A stretch of DNA of 58,702 nucleotides from Candidatus Dormiibacterota bacterium. Its GTDB lineage: Bacteria; Chloroflexota; Dormibacteria; Aeolococcales; Aeolococcaceae. The notes beneath the pieces were generated by a model. The model saw only the letters and a program-made list of their open reading frames with translations. It was not told where the DNA came from and did not search any database. Location: assembly GCA_036276135.1 (NCBI GenBank), contig DATBEL010000002.1:1-58702 (forward strand), in the 5' to 3' direction. Shown here one piece after another: positions 54,952 through 58,702 of the stretch. Made by a program: the position numbers and the translations under genes. Positions within the stretch are counted from its first letter, which is position 1; every line of letters starts with the position of its first letter.

Positions 54952-55869
54952 ATGAATGGAGAAGTGCCGACCGCAGCGAGAGTGGATCGCGCCGGGGTGC
55001 TCCTGACCGCGCTGTCCGCCGCATTCTTCGGCAGCCTCGCGATCTACGGCAAATACGCCGACCGCATGGGCATTCCACTGACCGAGCTGCTGGCGGTGCG
55101 TTTCGCGGGGGCGGCGGTGATCCTCTGGACGCTGGTGCTGATCCGCGGTGAGCGGGTGCGATGGGGCCGCCGCACTGCTGGGCTGGCCGTGATGGGGCTC
55201 CTCTACGTGGGTCAGGCGGCGACGTACTTCACCAGCCTGAAGACGGTGCCCGCCGCCGTGACCAGCATCCTCCTGTACCTGTACCCGGTCGTGGTCATGA
55301 TCCTCGCCGCGGCCCTGCTGGGCGAGCGACTCAACCGGGTGCGCGTCGGGGCGCTGGTGCTGGCAGTCGTCGGGGTGTTCACCGTCGTCAACCCGCTCAG
55401 CGCACACGGCACCATCGACACGCCGGGCCTGCTCTTCGGGCTGGCCACGGCGGCCATCTATGCCACCTACATCCTCGTCGGGCGGGTGTTGCTTGCCGAT
55501 GTGTCGCCGGTGGTGGCGACAGCGGTGATCGCCACCACGGCGGGGGTGGTGCTGGCCGCGTCAGCCACAGCCGGCGGCCAGTGGCGCCCACTCGACGCTG
55601 GGGGCTGGGCTCTCGCTCTCTCCATGGCCGTGGTGGCGACCGCGATCCCCGCCACGATGTTCCTCGCCGGGCTCGCCCGCGTCGGGGCCACTCGGGCCGC
55701 GATCATCAGCACTCTCGAGCCGGCCACCACCGTCGTCCTTGCCGCACTGCTGCTCGGGGAGGACCTCGGCCCGGTCCGCCTTATCGGTGGAGGGATCGTC
55801 CTGGTTGCGGCGGTGATCGTCGCTCGCAATGTGCCGCCCGAGCTCGCCGAAGCGCGGGTTCGCGAGTGA
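54952..55869 (+). CDS. EamA/DMT family transporter
   Basis: ~10 TM; LLYLYPVVV.LA..LLGERL; ISTLEPATT..LA.LLLGE. Confidence 0.93.
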   Translation: MNGEVPTAARVDRAGVLLTALSAAFFGSLAIYGKYADRMGIPLTELLAVRFAGAAVILWTLVLIRGERVRWGRRTAGLAVMGLLYVGQAATYFTSLKTVPAAVTSILLYLYPVVVMILAAALLGERLNRVRVGALVLAVVGVFTVVNPLSAHGTIDTPGLLFGLATAAIYATYILVGRVLLADVSPVVATAVIATTAGVVLAASATAGGQWRPLDAGGWALALSMAVVATAIPATMFLAGLARVGATRAAIISTLEPATTVVLAALLLGEDLGPVRLIGGGIVLVAAVIVARNVPPELAEARVRE

Positions 55870-55889
55870 CCGCGAAGGGATGACGCGCC

Positions 55890-56153
55890 TCAGCGCGACG
55901 CCGGCCTCTCCGGTGCGGCGTCATCGGGGGGCGCCGGGTCGTCGACGCCGTCAGCTTCGCCGGGCCCATCGCGGTCGGCGAGCTCATCAGGATGGATGGC
56001 GGCGTGAACTGCGGCGGCCAGCTCCTCGAACGGGACCGCCAGCTTGTTGACCTCGCCACTCTCCTCCGACACCACCTCCTCAGCAGCGGCCTCGGCGGCA
56101 TCGAGGCGCTCGCGGAGACTGTGATGGTCGTGTTCGGTGTGGTCCTCGCTCAT
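55890..56153 (-). CDS. Small acidic hypothetical protein
   Basis: ATG 56153 overlaps GT stop (ATGA) and sits 7 nt after TACCAT; His/Glu-rich N-terminus. Confidence 0.65.
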   Translation of the reverse strand: MSEDHTEHDHHSLRERLDAAEAAAEEVVSEESGEVNKLAVPFEELAAAVHAAIHPDELADRDGPGEADGVDDPAPPDDAAPERPASR

Positions 56154-57415
56154 GCCCGGCATGGTACGGGGTCGGCGAGCACCTCGCGGTAGACGTCGGC
56201 GGTGGCTCGGGCGGTCGCCTCCCAGCTGTAGCGCTCGGCGGCTCGCTGCAGAGCCGCCGCGCTCAGGCGGGTGCGCAGGACCGGGTCGTCGAGGAGCCTG
56301 CCGATCGCCTGCGCCAGCGCCGCGGCGTCACCCGGCGGAACCAGCAATGCCGTCTCGCCGTCCCGACCGACCACCTCGGGAAGCGCCCCCGCGGTCGTGG
56401 CCACCAGGGGGACGCCGCAGGACATCGCCTGCACCGCCGGGATGGAGAACCCTTCGTAGAGTGACGGCACCACGGCGACCTCCGCCTCGGCGTACTGCTC
56501 GGCCACGGCGGCGTCGTCGATACCTCGCGCGAAGCGGACCGTGCCGTTGAGCCCGAGCTCGCGCATCGTCCGCTCGACAGCGCCGCCGCGTCGGGCTTCG
56601 CCGAGCAGGACGAGCTCGACCGGTCGGCGCACGCGCAGCGCCGCCACCGCGTGCAACAGGGGCACGACCCCCTTGAGCGGGACGTCGGCGCTGGCGATTG
56701 CGAAGATCCGCCCCCGCACCCGGGCCGTGCCCGGCCGCGGCGCGAACACGGTGTCGTCGACAGCCACTGGGATGACGCGAACGCGCGCCGGGTCGACCCG
56801 CATCCTTTCGACGATGTCCCGCCGCGACTGGGTGCTGACGGTGATCACGCGGGGCAGCCGGCGGGCCACGCGGTCCTGCATGTGGTGAAACTGGTACCAG
56901 CGACGCAGCGTCAGCCGGCGTCGCAGACGCACCTCCCGAGCCAGCTCGAGGTCACGGTCGATGACCACGGCATGGTGGACGCTGGCGACCACCGGCACGC
57001 CGGCGTTGTGCAGGCCGAGCACCCCCCAGCCGAGGCACTGGTTGTCGTGCACCACGTCGAACTGCGCACGCCGCGCCAGCAGGAGTCGGCGCGCGCGCAG
57101 GCTGAAGGTCAGTGGCTCGGGGAACGCGGCGGTGCACAGCGTCAGATACTCGAGGACGTCGATCCAGTCGCGGAACTCGCTGAGGCGGGGAACCCGAAAC
57201 GGGTCGTCCTCCCGATACAGGTCGAGGCTGGGGACGCGCACCAGCGGCAGGCCGTCGGTGAGCACGGGATAGGGCTGGCCGGCGAAGACGGTGACCTCGT
57301 GGCCGAGCCGCGTCAGCGCTGCCGACAGGTGACTGACGTATACGCCCTGGCCCCCGGAGTAGGGGTTGCCACGGTAGGCGAGCAGGGCGACGCGGAGAGT
57401 GTTGCGATCGGGCAC
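56150..57415 (-). CDS. Glycosyltransferase family 4 (GT-B)
   Basis: ALLAYRGNPYSGGQGVY; DVVHDNQ; KGV..LL.A; PSLYEGFSIPAVQAMSCG.P.V. Confidence 0.93.
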   Translation of the reverse strand: MPDRNTLRVALLAYRGNPYSGGQGVYVSHLSAALTRLGHEVTVFAGQPYPVLTDGLPLVRVPSLDLYREDDPFRVPRLSEFRDWIDVLEYLTLCTAAFPEPLTFSLRARRLLLARRAQFDVVHDNQCLGWGVLGLHNAGVPVVASVHHAVVIDRDLELAREVRLRRRLTLRRWYQFHHMQDRVARRLPRVITVSTQSRRDIVERMRVDPARVRVIPVAVDDTVFAPRPGTARVRGRIFAIASADVPLKGVVPLLHAVAALRVRRPVELVLLGEARRGGAVERTMRELGLNGTVRFARGIDDAAVAEQYAEAEVAVVPSLYEGFSIPAVQAMSCGVPLVATTAGALPEVVGRDGETALLVPPGDAAALAQAIGRLLDDPVLRTRLSAAALQRAAERYSWEATARATADVYREVLADPVPCRA

Positions 57416-57485
57416 GGCCGGGCGATGCTACTTGGGCGGTACCACGTCGGAGCACGTGTGCGGACGTGCCGCTATGGTCGCTGCC

Positions 57486-58136
57486 ATGCTGGAGATCGGT
57501 GGCGCCGCCCTTGGGGCGCCGGTGATGACCGCGGCCGACCTCGAGGCCGCGCGCGCCGCGCGCGGCTTCATGCCCGATGCGGAAGGGCTGCTCCTCCATT
57601 GCGCCGCCGTCGCCGCGTCCGCGCACGGTCCGATGCTGGAGATCGGCAGCTACTGCGGCAAGTCGGCGATCTACATCGGCACCGCGGCGCGGATGCACGA
57701 CGGGGTGCTCTTCAGCATCGACCATCACCGCGGCTCCGAGGAGAACCAGCCCGGCCAGATGTACTGCGACTCCTCGGTCATCGACCCCCGCACCGGAAGG
57801 GTCGACACCCTGCCTCACCTCCGGCAGGCGCTGGACGAGGTGGGCCTCGAGGGCTGGGTCATTCCCGTGGTCGGGTCCTCGGCGAGCCTCGCCCGCCACT
57901 GGCGCACGCCACTGTCACTGCTCTTCATCGACGGCGGCCACACCGAGGAGGCGGCGCATGCCGATTACACCGGCTTCGCACCGCACCTCGACAGCGGCGG
58001 CCTGCTGGTGATCCACGACGTCTTTCCCAACCCCGCCGACGGCGGCCAGGCACCGCTGCACGTGTACCGCCGCGCTCTCGGTGACGGCTTCCGCGACGTG
58101 GCCGTCGAAGGCAGCCTGCGCGTGCTGCGGCGTTAG
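57486..58136 (+). CDS. Class I SAM-dependent methyltransferase (Methyltransf_24-like)
   Basis: GFMP..EG; LEIGSYCGKS; IDHHRGSEENQPG; LLFIDGGH; L.IHDVF. Confidence 0.92.
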   Translation: MLEIGGAALGAPVMTAADLEAARAARGFMPDAEGLLLHCAAVAASAHGPMLEIGSYCGKSAIYIGTAARMHDGVLFSIDHHRGSEENQPGQMYCDSSVIDPRTGRVDTLPHLRQALDEVGLEGWVIPVVGSSASLARHWRTPLSLLFIDGGHTEEAAHADYTGFAPHLDSGGLLVIHDVFPNPADGGQAPLHVYRRALGDGFRDVAVEGSLRVLRR

Positions 58137-58702
58137 CGGGTGGCGTCGAGCAGGTCGGCGACGACCCCGCCGCTGACCGCGTTCGCGGCGAGCACGACGG
58201 CGGCGGCGGTCCAGCTGGGCTGCTCGTCCGGGGGGAAGATGCAGCCATCGGTGAAGTTGGCGCCCGTCCAGTAGGCGGCGTCGTCTCCGCGGAGGTGCTG
58301 CGCCCACTCGAGCAGGTGTTCTGCCCGCGCGCGGTCGCCGCTGCGCACCAGTGCCAGCGCCAGCTCGCACGTTTCCGCGGCGGTGATCCAGGGCCGGTCA
58401 GACACGCAGCGGACGCCGCGCCCCGCGACGACGAACTCGTCCCATCGCGACTGGATACGCGCGTGAGCGTCAGCGCCCGTGACCACACCGCACAGCACCG
58501 GGTAGTACCAGTCCATCGCCCAGCGACGCTTGTCCTCAAAGCTGTTCGGCAGAGTCCGCAGCGCCGTCGCCAGGCGGTCGCGCGCAATGGCCCACTCCGG
58601 GTGCCGGATGCCGAGGGCATCCGCGAGCCGCGCCGCACAGGCCAGGCTGAGGTGCACGCACGAGGAACCGGTCACCAGGCCGCGGCGCCACGGCCGTCCG
58701 GC
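58133..58702 (-). CDS. 5'-truncated prenyltransferase/(alpha/alpha)6-barrel-like protein
   Basis: Frame open to the window end; LVTGSS, WAMDWYYPVLCG, RCVSD.PW.TAAETCE, YWTG, WTAAAV.LA. Confidence 0.75.
   Translation of the reverse strand, partial: AGRPWRRGLVTGSSCVHLSLACAARLADALGIRHPEWAIARDRLATALRTLPNSFEDKRRWAMDWYYPVLCGVVTGADAHARIQSRWDEFVVAGRGVRCVSDRPWITAAETCELALALVRSGDRARAEHLLEWAQHLRGDDAAYWTGANFTDGCIFPPDEQPSWTAAAVVLAANAVSGGVVADLLDATR

Noticed and set aside
7123-58084. Many long antisense or alternate-frame ORFs (e.g. 7884..9203 -, 8867..10447 -, 14236..15738 -, 21470..23131 -, 46350..47381 +, 56651..58084 +)
   Set aside because: Shadow ORFs of well-supported genes caused by high GC; Arg/Pro/Ala-rich translations without motifs

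Overview
High-GC (roughly 70% by eye) bacterial chromosomal segment with no mobile element, prophage or CRISPR array visible. The combination of monoderm-style Tad pilus genes with receiver-CpaE fusions, a Chloroflexota-like NusG, F420 biosynthesis genes and a group 1h hydrogenase suggests (inference only) a soil Ca. Dormibacterota/Chloroflexota-type organism. Content by region: (i) 1.3-25.3 kb, a dispersed Tad/Flp pilus locus (cpaF; cpaB-tadB-tadC; flp; three different cpaE paralogues) interleaved with two ABC systems, a CAP protein, an SPFH-zinc-ribbon protein, a TPR protein, CvpA, a lone response regulator and an M23 peptidase; (ii) 25.3-28 kb, core genes rplA, rplK, nusG, secE, tRNA-Trp, rpmG and a divergent tRNA-Thr; (iii) 28-34.6 kb, a dense block of uncharacterised tandem paralogues (2 helical, 2 alpha/beta, 3 translationally coupled double-YbjQ proteins) facing a PspA-PspAA fusion and a PadR regulator. 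This block is the best candidate for an undescribed system; (iv) 34.7-48.4 kb, a group 1h (high-affinity, atmospheric-H2 type) [NiFe]-hydrogenase operon with unusual accessories (Cys-free HypA, no HypB, two complementarily degenerate SIS proteins, a 32-aa small protein); (v) 48.5-58.7 kb, DUF1326, a COG4315 lipoprotein, cofC/cofE, a ~110-bp collapsed remnant of an F420-dependent dehydrogenase gene, two EamA transporters, a multidomain PATAN-like membrane protein and a GT4/methyltransferase/prenyltransferase-like cluster. Many genes look leaderless. All family assignments come from motif recognition by eye, without database searches.
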